Positions 28,134 to 36,979 of a stretch of DNA of 64,000 nt are shown piece after piece. The translations under genes and the position numbers were made by a program. Each line of letters opens with the position of its first letter. The stretch's first letter is position 1. The stretch spans positions 599 to 64,598 of the forward strand of contig JAXLTZ010000016.1 of assembly GCA_046329785.1 (NCBI GenBank), given 5' to 3'. This DNA is from Chitinophagales bacterium. Its GTDB lineage: Bacteria > Bacteroidota > Bacteroidia > Chitinophagales > JADIYW01. The notes under the pieces were generated by a model, which made no database searches, was not told the origin of the DNA, and saw nothing but the letters and a program-made list of their open reading frames with translations.

Positions 28134-28643
28134 TTATAAATTTTTGTTATTAGTAAACGATATTGTATGCTGTGCGACAAGTTCTGAAATTTTGTTATCC
28201 CAAATATTGCCGACAACTTCGACAAAATTTAAAAAGTCGACTTTCAATTCATGGTGGTCGGAAAATGGCGTAGCATATCCATAATTATTTTGGTCAGCTC
28301 TTTTATAACCGAAATAGGCATAATCTTCCTCAAATACAACGGTAGCAAAAAAAGTAGGTAGTAAATATTTTTCGTGTTCCGTGTATTTAATTATATCACC
28401 TTCAAAAATTGGCGTTCCGTTTTTATCTTTTAAGCCAGTACATTGCGTAACCGTATTGCTTTCAACATTATAAAAACTTGTTTGAAACTCATTGTCTAAG
28501 TCAGGCAGTTTAGTAATGTAGTGATATAAACTACCATCATAATATTTATGAAAATCACCATAAACAAAAGCTGTTTTTTCGTATCGTTCAGGAAACTTTT
28601 GTACTCTGACAAATCCCCGACCTCTGTATGTGTTTCTATCCAT
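28134..28643 (-). CDS. YopX-family protein
   Basis: TGLKDKNGTPIFEGDIIKY is the typical YopX core. Confidence 0.7.
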   Translation of the reverse strand: MDRNTYRGRGFVRVQKFPERYEKTAFVYGDFHKYYDGSLYHYITKLPDLDNEFQTSFYNVESNTVTQCTGLKDKNGTPIFEGDIIKYTEHEKYLLPTFFATVVFEEDYAYFGYKRADQNNYGYATPFSDHHELKVDFLNFVEVVGNIWDNKISELVAQHTISFTNNKNL

Positions 28644-28686
28644 TTTTAACTTTCAAAATTTCAATTTTGTAAATATTTTTCTCATA

Positions 28687-29268
28687 TCAATATTCAATTT
28701 TATTGTTCCAACAAATGATTTGCCCATCAAACGATTTGTTCTTTTTAAATTTAGGTGAAAGAAAAAACCAATTTTTAAAATCTATAATTTCCAGTCCATC
28801 GTTTTTGGCTATTAATGATATATCAGTTATCTCTCTACATGATTGATCTTTTTCGCTTTCAATAAAAAATCTATCGTTTTGAATTTGGAAATACCATGTC
28901 TTCACTACTTCAACATCTGGTGCTATAATTATTTGTTTACTATTGTAAGGTTTGCCACTCCATACTCTTGGACTGAATTTATCGCCTGCTTTGAATCTGT
29001 GTCCTGAACGAATTGTGTGATGCTTTGGCTCATATTTATCGCTGTAATTTCCTATTTGTTTTATAAATTCGGAAATGATTAAATACGGCTTATCCTTATT
29101 CAATTCATATAAATCGTCAGGGTTGGGGTAAAAGTGCGTAGGTGTATTAGGTGTAAAGCAAACTGTCGCACGAAATGAACTCAAAATCTTCTCAATAAAA
29201 TAAGTTGGTTGTCCTTTCTTCGGATGATAACTAGGATATGTTCTGCTGAATGTAATTACTCTTGCCAT
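28687..29268 (-). CDS. Hypothetical protein (possible ASCH/PUA-like fold, weak)
   Basis: KHHTIRSGHRFKAGDKF is reminiscent of ASCH-type motifs, but this is not decisive. Confidence 0.45.
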   Translation of the reverse strand: MARVITFSRTYPSYHPKKGQPTYFIEKILSSFRATVCFTPNTPTHFYPNPDDLYELNKDKPYLIISEFIKQIGNYSDKYEPKHHTIRSGHRFKAGDKFSPRVWSGKPYNSKQIIIAPDVEVVKTWYFQIQNDRFFIESEKDQSCREITDISLIAKNDGLEIIDFKNWFFLSPKFKKNKSFDGQIICWNNKIEY

Positions 29269-29269
29269 C

Positions 29270-29509
29270 TTACAATATTTTAGTGTTTTCGGTATCTATG
29301 TTTAATTCTGTTCTATAATCAATTCTTTCATGCGGATAGGTAAATGTGTATATGAAATCAAGCCACAACTTATTCATCTTTATCTTTGCTTCTTCCGGCG
29401 AAATTTGTTTTAGATCCAGATCATCAATTATTAATGCACACTTATTTTTTATTTCCTTTGCACGTTCAAAGAATTTCGGTTGATCTATTGATTTAGGTAA
29501 ATTTGACAT
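29270..29509 (-). CDS. Hypothetical protein
   Basis: 79-aa ORF in the operon. Confidence 0.45.
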   Translation of the reverse strand: MSNLPKSIDQPKFFERAKEIKNKCALIIDDLDLKQISPEEAKIKMNKLWLDFIYTFTYPHERIDYRTELNIDTENTKIL

Positions 29510-29518
29510 ACACGTTAT

Positions 29519-31798
29519 TTATACTGCTTGTTGTAATCTTATTTCTCTAAGTTTTGCACCTAATGCTTCCGCCATCACTTTAGGTACTTTTGGACAAACA
29601 CTATTTCCGATGAATTTTTTCTGATCGGTTTGATTTCCCTCTAAAATGTAACTTTCTGGAAAACCTTGAATCTTCTTTAATTCTGAAATCAAAAGCATGC
29701 GCATTTTAATATCGATGATTCCATAAAGTGCCATGAATTCTTTGATTAGCTTTAAGTAGTGGCTATCACTTTCATATATCACAATTGCAACATTTCCGTC
29801 TTCTGTAGAAACCAGATATGGCGGTGCTTTGTCCATACGCGCAATTAATGTGAAGCAAGGTTCATCAACACTTGCATTTGATTTGTTAAACCACTGTGGA
29901 TTCATCAGATAATAATGTCTTTTCGAAGCCATTAAAGTTGGACAAGGCTCATAAGTGCTTGTACCAATGTTATTGTAATTGGTGTTCAGTATGAATGGTT
30001 CGCATTTTACTAAACCTAATTTTGGAATTGTTGTAATTGTTCCGCAAGGTTCATCTATGCTTGAATTAGTTGCACTTTTAAATTCTCTGTAGATAAAGAA
30101 TTTAGGATATACAAGATTGAAACGATCTTTTGTTGGAAGCACCGGACAAGGTGAATTTACTGAAGAAACATTTTCACCACTTCCATAGTAAGCTGCTAGG
30201 AATTTGGTTTCAACGAGCGCTTGACTATCTACGGTTTTAATAACGCCAGCAGGTTGATCTACGGAAATGTTTTTACCATCAGGTCTGCCACTAAAGTATT
30301 TTGTAATAAAAAATGGTTGTACTACATGCTGATTGCCGCCGGTAGATGTTAGTGTTCGTGCAGGTTCATCAACAGAAACAACTTTAGATTTCGGATCACC
30401 AGAATTGCGCTGCATAATAAATTTTGTATGCACTAAAGCAAATCTGTTATTTGTTGTTACAGTACCACATGGATTATTTACAGATGAATTTCTTTGTTCC
30501 GGATTGCCGGTATAATATCTTGACAAGAAATAAGAAGCCTGCACCAGATTTATTCTGCCTTGTGTGCTAACAACCGGACATGGATCATCAACACTTGGCG
30601 GAACATATTTGCCTGTTTTACCATTAACAGAATTATATTTTAATAAAAATTCAGCTTTACCACCTGCAACAAATTTTATCAAACCTGCGTATATACGCTC
30701 TAGTGTTTTTTCACTATATGGATCGTAACGGTAATATTTAACTTGGTCAATTGTTAGATTGTGTAACTCTAAATATTCCTGAAGCCGTGTGTCAAATTGA
30801 TCTACCTGTTTTTCAGTGATCACTAACATTGGCTGCATGCCAAATTCTGGTTTTTCAATCGATGCCGGAAATACAACAATAGTACGCGGCGGTGCTTCCT
30901 TTCCTTTGGATGATGCTTTTTTCTCTTTTTTAATGCTCAAATATTTAATGGCTGATTTGTAGCATTTATCGTGTAGAATATCAAATATTGATTTACCTTC
31001 TTCTTTAAAATTCAATACTTCTTTTACCGGTCTGTATTTTTTTAAGTTCTGATTTTTATACAAACCGACTTTGGGATTTTTTGCATGCGTAGCTTGTGGC
31101 CAAATAATCGGCAACCCTTTTTTAGCGAATATTCCAAATAAACGGTTCCTGGAAGTGTGCGCGCCGAAATCAGCACTATTCAATTGTTTCCAATCATCAT
31201 TGTAACCGAATTCTTTTACATTCTCACGCCATTTCATAAAGTCGGTACCATTTTTTCGGCTGATTGGTTTTCCTTTTTCGTCAAGTGGTCCCCAAGACAT
31301 AAATTCAACAACGTTCTCGATCATTATATAATCAGGATCGAGTATTTGTATATAGCTTTTGCCATCATAATATTTTTTTGTAACCGGATTGTATAGTTTG
31401 TATAATGATTCTGCGAGCGTTCTGCTGTCAGCTTCGCGAGCCATGCCACCTTTTGCTTTACTGAAATTTGTACACTCCAGTGATGCCCAAAGAATAACCT
31501 TAGCATTTGGATAACGCTTGCGTGCTGCATCTACAATTCCTTTCAGTTTAATGAAATCCATCAATCGTATATCTTCCTCGAAGTGGAATACTTCAGGATG
31601 ATTACGCCAGTGGCTAAGTATTGCAATAGGATCGTGGTTGACGCATGCAACAACTCTGCAAATCTTTTTACCATCCAACATAGATTTCATAAAACCTGTA
31701 CTCGTTCCGCCTGCACCACAGAACAAATCAATAATAATAAGTTCGACTTCTTTGTCGATTGTAAATTCTTCAATAAATGGAAATCCTGCTGCTGACAT
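29519..31798 (-). CDS. DNA (cytosine-5) methyltransferase with eight tandem TRD-like modules
   Basis: Motif I IIDLFCGAGGTSTGF, then LECTNFS, IMIENVVEF, TSRNRLFGI and the C-terminal QGFPESY...IGNSVCP. Eight S-V-D-x-P-x-x-T modules lie between residues 402 and 662. Confidence 0.85.
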   Translation of the reverse strand: MSAAGFPFIEEFTIDKEVELIIIDLFCGAGGTSTGFMKSMLDGKKICRVVACVNHDPIAILSHWRNHPEVFHFEEDIRLMDFIKLKGIVDAARKRYPNAKVILWASLECTNFSKAKGGMAREADSRTLAESLYKLYNPVTKKYYDGKSYIQILDPDYIMIENVVEFMSWGPLDEKGKPISRKNGTDFMKWRENVKEFGYNDDWKQLNSADFGAHTSRNRLFGIFAKKGLPIIWPQATHAKNPKVGLYKNQNLKKYRPVKEVLNFKEEGKSIFDILHDKCYKSAIKYLSIKKEKKASSKGKEAPPRTIVVFPASIEKPEFGMQPMLVITEKQVDQFDTRLQEYLELHNLTIDQVKYYRYDPYSEKTLERIYAGLIKFVAGGKAEFLLKYNSVNGKTGKYVPPSVDDPCPVVSTQGRINLVQASYFLSRYYTGNPEQRNSSVNNPCGTVTTNNRFALVHTKFIMQRNSGDPKSKVVSVDEPARTLTSTGGNQHVVQPFFITKYFSGRPDGKNISVDQPAGVIKTVDSQALVETKFLAAYYGSGENVSSVNSPCPVLPTKDRFNLVYPKFFIYREFKSATNSSIDEPCGTITTIPKLGLVKCEPFILNTNYNNIGTSTYEPCPTLMASKRHYYLMNPQWFNKSNASVDEPCFTLIARMDKAPPYLVSTEDGNVAIVIYESDSHYLKLIKEFMALYGIIDIKMRMLLISELKKIQGFPESYILEGNQTDQKKFIGNSVCPKVPKVMAEALGAKLREIRLQQAV

Positions 31799-32547
31799 TA
31801 TGCTGCGTTTTGTTTAAGTGAATAAAAACCTTTGCTGATTCGCGAAAAATTCGATTGCAGTGTTTGCCTAATTTTTTCCTTATGATGTTTATTGCTTTCT
31901 AATTTATCCGGTGCAATGCGTTCAACTAAATCATAGATTTGTTGCAAATTCGCCTTACCATTCAAACGAACAAATGCAATTTCTACTACACACTTCCACG
32001 AAGGACTGATTCCAACAACAACTACCGGTGTATGATTAATTTGTATATGCTTTCCTTTTATTTTAGAATCAGCAAGTACATCAGCGTTGTGTTCGCCATA
32101 AGATATTAATACAGATGGTGCGCCACCATTGTTATTAGATCGTGTACCATCAACATTATAAAAACTGACTCTGCCTGCAATAAAAAGCAAACTGTGTGCA
32201 AACGGAAATATATAGTTTTGAAAGAACACAGTTTCAGTACGAGCGAACAATAATGCAATTCCGTTTCCGTGCATTGCCATCTTGTGCATCCAGTCATTTA
32301 TTTGAGAACGGTTGTACGGTGGATTGAGCCACACGCGACCAAACCACGGCAAAAACAATCCATCTTCTTCTTTTGTGTAGTGATGCAATGCGGTGTCCCA
32401 CGGTCTATTGATTGGACTACACGGATCCAAATCAAACTCGCCTAGTGCTTTTATGATTGATGGCGGTGTTAGCCAAACATCACTATACAAGTTGGTTGTA
32501 TCACTATTTACAGAATTCATTCCTATTGTTGCTTTACTCATTTTCAT
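31798..32547 (-). CDS. Phage Dam-type N6-adenine DNA methyltransferase
   Basis: DVWLTPPSIIKALGEFDLDPCS ... VWLNPPYNRSQI (NPPY motif) is typical of the phage N6-adenine-methyltransferase family. Confidence 0.75.
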   Translation of the reverse strand: MKMSKATIGMNSVNSDTTNLYSDVWLTPPSIIKALGEFDLDPCSPINRPWDTALHHYTKEEDGLFLPWFGRVWLNPPYNRSQINDWMHKMAMHGNGIALLFARTETVFFQNYIFPFAHSLLFIAGRVSFYNVDGTRSNNNGGAPSVLISYGEHNADVLADSKIKGKHIQINHTPVVVVGISPSWKCVVEIAFVRLNGKANLQQIYDLVERIAPDKLESNKHHKEKIRQTLQSNFSRISKGFYSLKQNAA

Positions 32548-32550
32548 TAT

Positions 32551-34047
32551 TTAAAAAATATCAAAACTTTGACCGTCATTTTGTTTTTCGCGGTCTTCAC
32601 CTTGTACATACGTTGCTTTAGAATATGGTATAAATTCTGGCTTGTCATTCCAATCATAGATTGTTTGCTTAGGTTTATCGAAGTATAGAAATTTATTACT
32701 TACTTGAGTGTATCTTCCTTTGGCATAAATAACCTCTATTTTCCCACGAATTCCGTATGGAATATCTTTCCAATCAATCCCTTTATGATCTTTCCAGTAT
32801 TCATCATATAGAATAAAAATGTCGCTCGCTGCTTGCTCTAATCCGCCACCGCGAAGATTATTTTCTGTTGGTTTTTCGTTCTTTTCAGCAACTCGTGACA
32901 ATTGCGACAAACCTATAACAGATATATCTAATTTCTTTCCAATAGATTGTAGTCGGTTAGATAATTTTTCGTTTGCTTTAACATCTAATACACCTTTTTC
33001 TTGTACTTCAATAAGCTGCATGTAATCAATGAAAATTATATCTACTTTATGTTTCTGAATAAATGTTTTTACTTTGGTGATAATATTTTTATGAGTCAGA
33101 TCGGTGCTATCATCAACAAAAATTAAATCATCAAAACTATTCTCTTGAATATTTAATATTTCCTCTTTTTCTTGATCAGAAATAGTGTTAGTAATAATTC
33201 TTTTACTGGATATTGAACAATCTGCTTGTATAGACCTTGAACCAAGCATCATTTCAGACATTTCCGCAGATAAAATTCCAACTCGCCAATTTTGTTGTGC
33301 AAGATTTTTGGCCGCACTTAAAATAAAAGCTGTTTTACCTGTGCCTTGATAGCCTGCTATTATGTTGAATGTTTTTGATAAAAAATCTAAATTATCAAAA
33401 CCCAATTTGAATAATTTTGCGAGTGGTTTGTCTTCTATTAATTCTTTTTTTATTTTCCGCTTTATCTGATTTAGTGTTTTGATATTAGAACCTTTTATTT
33501 CTTCAATGGTCATAATATCTAGAGAAACTTTATCTAATAAATCAAATACATCTGTAATGTCATCGTACGCTTGTCTAATTCCGTCATTGCAAATCCTGAT
33601 AACTTCACGTTGAATAAATTTCTGAATTATTAACCTTGCATGATACTCTATACTTGAAGATGAAGCAACTCTATTGGTCAATTCGCTTAAATAATATGCG
33701 CCACCAACTTCCTCTAATTTTGCTTCTTTTCTCAACTGTTCAGTAACTGTCAATAAATCAATAGGATGATTTTTATTGTATAAAATTTCCATGCTTTCAT
33801 AGATTGTTGCATGTGCATCTACATAGAAAACTTTAGGATTCATAAAGTCAGCTATCTCAAACATTGCATCGCTTTCTATCAATATAGCCCCCAATACAGC
33901 TTCTTCCAATTCGCGCGCTTGCGGCGGAATTTTACCGTACAACAAATTGGAAATATCTTCCGTTTTTGTACGAGTAAACCTAGTAGTTTTTTTATTTGTG
34001 TTTTGATCTTCCATTACAGATATAATTCTTTTTTTATGATTGCACAA
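32551..34047 (-). CDS. dnaB: Replicative DNA helicase DnaB
   Basis: PPQARELEEAVLGAILIESDAMFEI..., HPIDLLTVTEQL and the Walker A IIAGYQGTGKTAF. Met12 (nt 34014) is an alternative start. Confidence 0.9.
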   Translation of the reverse strand: MCNHKKRIISVMEDQNTNKKTTRFTRTKTEDISNLLYGKIPPQARELEEAVLGAILIESDAMFEIADFMNPKVFYVDAHATIYESMEILYNKNHPIDLLTVTEQLRKEAKLEEVGGAYYLSELTNRVASSSSIEYHARLIIQKFIQREVIRICNDGIRQAYDDITDVFDLLDKVSLDIMTIEEIKGSNIKTLNQIKRKIKKELIEDKPLAKLFKLGFDNLDFLSKTFNIIAGYQGTGKTAFILSAAKNLAQQNWRVGILSAEMSEMMLGSRSIQADCSISSKRIITNTISDQEKEEILNIQENSFDDLIFVDDSTDLTHKNIITKVKTFIQKHKVDIIFIDYMQLIEVQEKGVLDVKANEKLSNRLQSIGKKLDISVIGLSQLSRVAEKNEKPTENNLRGGGLEQAASDIFILYDEYWKDHKGIDWKDIPYGIRGKIEVIYAKGRYTQVSNKFLYFDKPKQTIYDWNDKPEFIPYSKATYVQGEDREKQNDGQSFDIF

Positions 34048-34073
34048 TATTCAACAGAGATTTCCGACACAAC

Positions 34074-34781
34074 TCATTTTCTGTTTAATTCGTGTGCTTC
34101 TTTTGCTGTAGATCCTGATCCACCGAACGGATCATAAACTATGTCATTTTCATTTGACCAGGTTGTTATCTGATCGCGCGCTAAACCTTTTGGGAACGGT
34201 GCAGGATGTCCAGTTCTTCTGCTACCTAAAGTGTACGCAAACAGGTTAGATTTAATCTTTTCGTCATTCGTTATTACTTCCTGATCCCTTCTACGTTGCG
34301 CGCCTTCCTTTATCGTTTCACAATAACCTTTTCTTTTTAGGTTGTATTTTTTACCTGCACCTTTACACGGTATCATTATCGGATTAAAAGTTTTAGGTTT
34401 TCCTTTGCTGAACACGAACATATATTCAAAGCCTTGTTCATATCGGTTGTGCGTCAATGGTATAAAATTTTCTTTAACGTAAATCTGTGTATCGTGCAAT
34501 CTGAAGCCACATTCCATAAAGAAAAGTGCTTGTCTGAAAGCGGTTCCTGATTCTGAACCGTTAATAGTTTGATCTGCTACAACCCAAACAACAACGCCAC
34601 CAGGTTTTGTTATTCGGTACAGATTTCTTGCGATATGCTTGAACGGAAATTTAAAACCTTTGTAATCACGTAATTTATCATAAGGTGGACTTGATACCGT
34701 TAGATCGATAAAATTATCCGGTATTCTTTCACGCATAGTGATAAGTGCATTTTCCTGATATATTTTGTTTAGTTCTAACAT
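34074..34781 (-). CDS. Beta-class N4-cytosine/N6-adenine DNA methyltransferase
   Basis: DLTVSSPPYDKLRDY (SPPY) lies N-terminal and VYDPFGGSGSTAKEA (FxGxG) lies C-terminal. Confidence 0.8.
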   Translation of the reverse strand: MLELNKIYQENALITMRERIPDNFIDLTVSSPPYDKLRDYKGFKFPFKHIARNLYRITKPGGVVVWVVADQTINGSESGTAFRQALFFMECGFRLHDTQIYVKENFIPLTHNRYEQGFEYMFVFSKGKPKTFNPIMIPCKGAGKKYNLKRKGYCETIKEGAQRRRDQEVITNDEKIKSNLFAYTLGSRRTGHPAPFPKGLARDQITTWSNENDIVYDPFGGSGSTAKEAHELNRK

Positions 34782-35048
34782 TTAAAAATTACAATTGATT
34801 ACTTTTATTCCTAATACCACATATCCTTTCTGGATTCCATATTGACCACCAGGAAGAATGTAGGTTATAAGTGCTTTGATTTTGTGTTCTGTGTTTTTCT
34901 GCAAATTCTTATTCCAACCCTGCAGCAACAATGTGTCGCCGACCGCAAAACCACGATCATCTTTTCGCACATCGAATTGTTTCGCACGGCTTCTGATATC
35001 CGGCATTAAATAGTGATCTGTTTTGAGTATGTGATGATTCGCTGACAT
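34782..35048 (-). CDS. DUF3850 (ASCH/PUA-like) protein
   Basis: HHILKT...FDVRKDDRGFAVGDTLLLQ...GYVVLGIKV matches the DUF3850 pattern. Confidence 0.7.
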   Translation of the reverse strand: MSANHHILKTDHYLMPDIRSRAKQFDVRKDDRGFAVGDTLLLQGWNKNLQKNTEHKIKALITYILPGGQYGIQKGYVVLGIKVINCNF

Positions 35049-35049
35049 T

Positions 35050-35817
35050 TTATTTTTTCAATTCTTTGTTGTAGAAATGTTTCTGGAATTCGTGATGTGA
35101 TTTGTATTTCTCGACTTTGTATGCTTGTGAATCGAGAAGGTATTTTACAAAAATTGTTAGTTTGTAGCTGACCGTTTCTACCTGGTATCCTTGGTTTTTA
35201 AGATTCATCAACCATGCATTATCATTGACAGATTGATAAATTAATTCAACCAAATCGGCATAAGGCACATGATGATTGCCTGTGTGATAAATCAGTGGTC
35301 CTTCTATTTTGAAATCATTCAAAAGTTTACTCTTGAATTTATCGTCATATTTTTCAAAACAACTCTCACGAAATTTTAGAAAGTCGTATAGACTTTCCTT
35401 TTCTTTAGTTTCCTCTACTTTACTATTCTTTCCTTTACTATGTGGATTATCGTTAGCGATAACTCCTGTTCTTTGGCGTTCTCGCTTCGATAATAAGTTA
35501 GAAAAGCGTTCTTTATGACGATAACTAAATATTTTACCATTTTCGATGGTGAATAGTGAAACTACATTTGTGCAGTAATCAATGATTTCTTTTAATAAAT
35601 CAGGTTCAATTTCGAAATCACCAGACAGTAATTCGATATTAAAATCATTCCAATCATATTTAAAATGTTCAGAATTTGTAAGCACCTCTAACATCATATT
35701 AAACACTGCGTAACCAGTTAATTTATACTTTCTTCTCAACGCCTTAATCTTAATATCATTACGCATGTCTGCATCGTGACTATGATATTCAGCATTATTT
35801 TTTTTAGGTCTGGCCAT
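35050..35817 (-). CDS. DUF4373-type replication-organiser-like protein
   Basis: The N-terminus EYHSHDADMRNDIKIKALRRKYKLTGYAVFNMMLEVL fits the DUF4373 pattern seen in Bacteroidota phages and prophages. It lies adjacent to dnaB. Confidence 0.65.
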   Translation of the reverse strand: MARPKKNNAEYHSHDADMRNDIKIKALRRKYKLTGYAVFNMMLEVLTNSEHFKYDWNDFNIELLSGDFEIEPDLLKEIIDYCTNVVSLFTIENGKIFSYRHKERFSNLLSKRERQRTGVIANDNPHSKGKNSKVEETKEKESLYDFLKFRESCFEKYDDKFKSKLLNDFKIEGPLIYHTGNHHVPYADLVELIYQSVNDNAWLMNLKNQGYQVETVSYKLTIFVKYLLDSQAYKVEKYKSHHEFQKHFYNKELKK

Positions 35818-35821
35818 GTTT

Positions 35822-36013
35822 TTATTTATCTAGTTTCAGTTCTTTTTGATTCTTCAATTCGTTGTATAATTCAACCTGTTTTCGCATTTTGTCCTTTGCC
35901 TTGCTTACTATTTGTCCGGCAGTTGGATTATACCCATATACCTTTATCTTCTCTGAATATTTGAGATATTCCTGTACCGCTTCGACTAATATTTTAGCGC
36001 AAAATTCAGCCAT
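35822..36013 (-). CDS. Hypothetical protein
   Basis: 63-aa ORF, coupled to its neighbours. Confidence 0.45.
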   Translation of the reverse strand: MAEFCAKILVEAVQEYLKYSEKIKVYGYNPTAGQIVSKAKDKMRKQVELYNELKNQKELKLDK

Positions 36014-36519
36014 CAGATCACCGGAAAGTTTTTGTATTCTACGCCATCTAATAAGTTGCCTGATGCTTTCTTTAAAAACCTGCCTGTAATAAGTGATCTG
36101 TCTATTGTTGTAATAGCATGATATTTATTATGATCTTTTCTTGACAGTATTTCAAGATTATTTAAATCGTTGTTTAATTTATTTTCATCCTTATGGTGTA
36201 CTATTTCTTCTGAAGACAACCATCTGCCAATCTCTAAACTTTTTAAGTATCTATGCTCATAAGTGTATCCATTTCCAATATCTAATGGATGACCTAAGCC
36301 AACAATAATTAATTTATATCCATCTGTTGATATTTTATTATCATTAAACTTGTAGTGTTTTTCACCACGCGAATGATTTTTATGTTTACCTCTAGTGTCC
36401 GGAACTTCATGCATTTTACAGCCCAATATTAAAGCTGCCTTTTTTAGTCTGTAATAATGAGTATTGGAAACTATTTTTCCATTTTCTAAAACCCAACTTC
36501 TTTGTTTATTTTTAGACAT
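36013..36519 (-). CDS. HNH endonuclease (homing-type)
   Basis: YTYEHRY...EIVHHKDENKLNNDLNNLEILSRKDHNKYH. Confidence 0.8.
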   Translation of the reverse strand: MSKNKQRSWVLENGKIVSNTHYYRLKKAALILGCKMHEVPDTRGKHKNHSRGEKHYKFNDNKISTDGYKLIIVGLGHPLDIGNGYTYEHRYLKSLEIGRWLSSEEIVHHKDENKLNNDLNNLEILSRKDHNKYHAITTIDRSLITGRFLKKASGNLLDGVEYKNFPVI

Positions 36520-36530
36520 AATCCTAAATT

Positions 36531-36965
36531 TTAACCTGTTACTAATTCAATTGGTTTAGTATCTACTAAAATGCAATCCGGATCATCTTCAGCATATTTA
36601 ATTACGATTTTGTTGCCAGTCATAAGCATTTCATTTTTGAACGCAGCATACGCCACAGGATTTGCTAAAGAAGCGACATTTAAAACTGCATCAAGCATTG
36701 GAATAACGAAATCTGTTTTAATTGTCAGATCGCGATCAACTTTCTTGTCATTGATTGTATCGTAAATTTCTTCGCGTAATTTTTTACAGAAGTTATTTGA
36801 ATGAGAAATTGTATTACCAAATGTTTGCTTCATTTGTTTTTTGAATTGATCTTCCGGAATGGTATTCAATAAATGATTCATCGTCATGGTAAGCGTTGCC
36901 AGCTTCTCGTAATAGGCGAGAAGTTCATCATCTGTTAGCTTGGTTTCTTGAATTATACTACTCAT
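36531..36965 (-). CDS. Hypothetical protein
   Basis: 144-aa ORF. Confidence 0.55.
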   Translation of the reverse strand: MSSIIQETKLTDDELLAYYEKLATLTMTMNHLLNTIPEDQFKKQMKQTFGNTISHSNNFCKKLREEIYDTINDKKVDRDLTIKTDFVIPMLDAVLNVASLANPVAYAAFKNEMLMTGNKIVIKYAEDDPDCILVDTKPIELVTG

Positions 36966-36979
36966 GGTTATATAACTTC

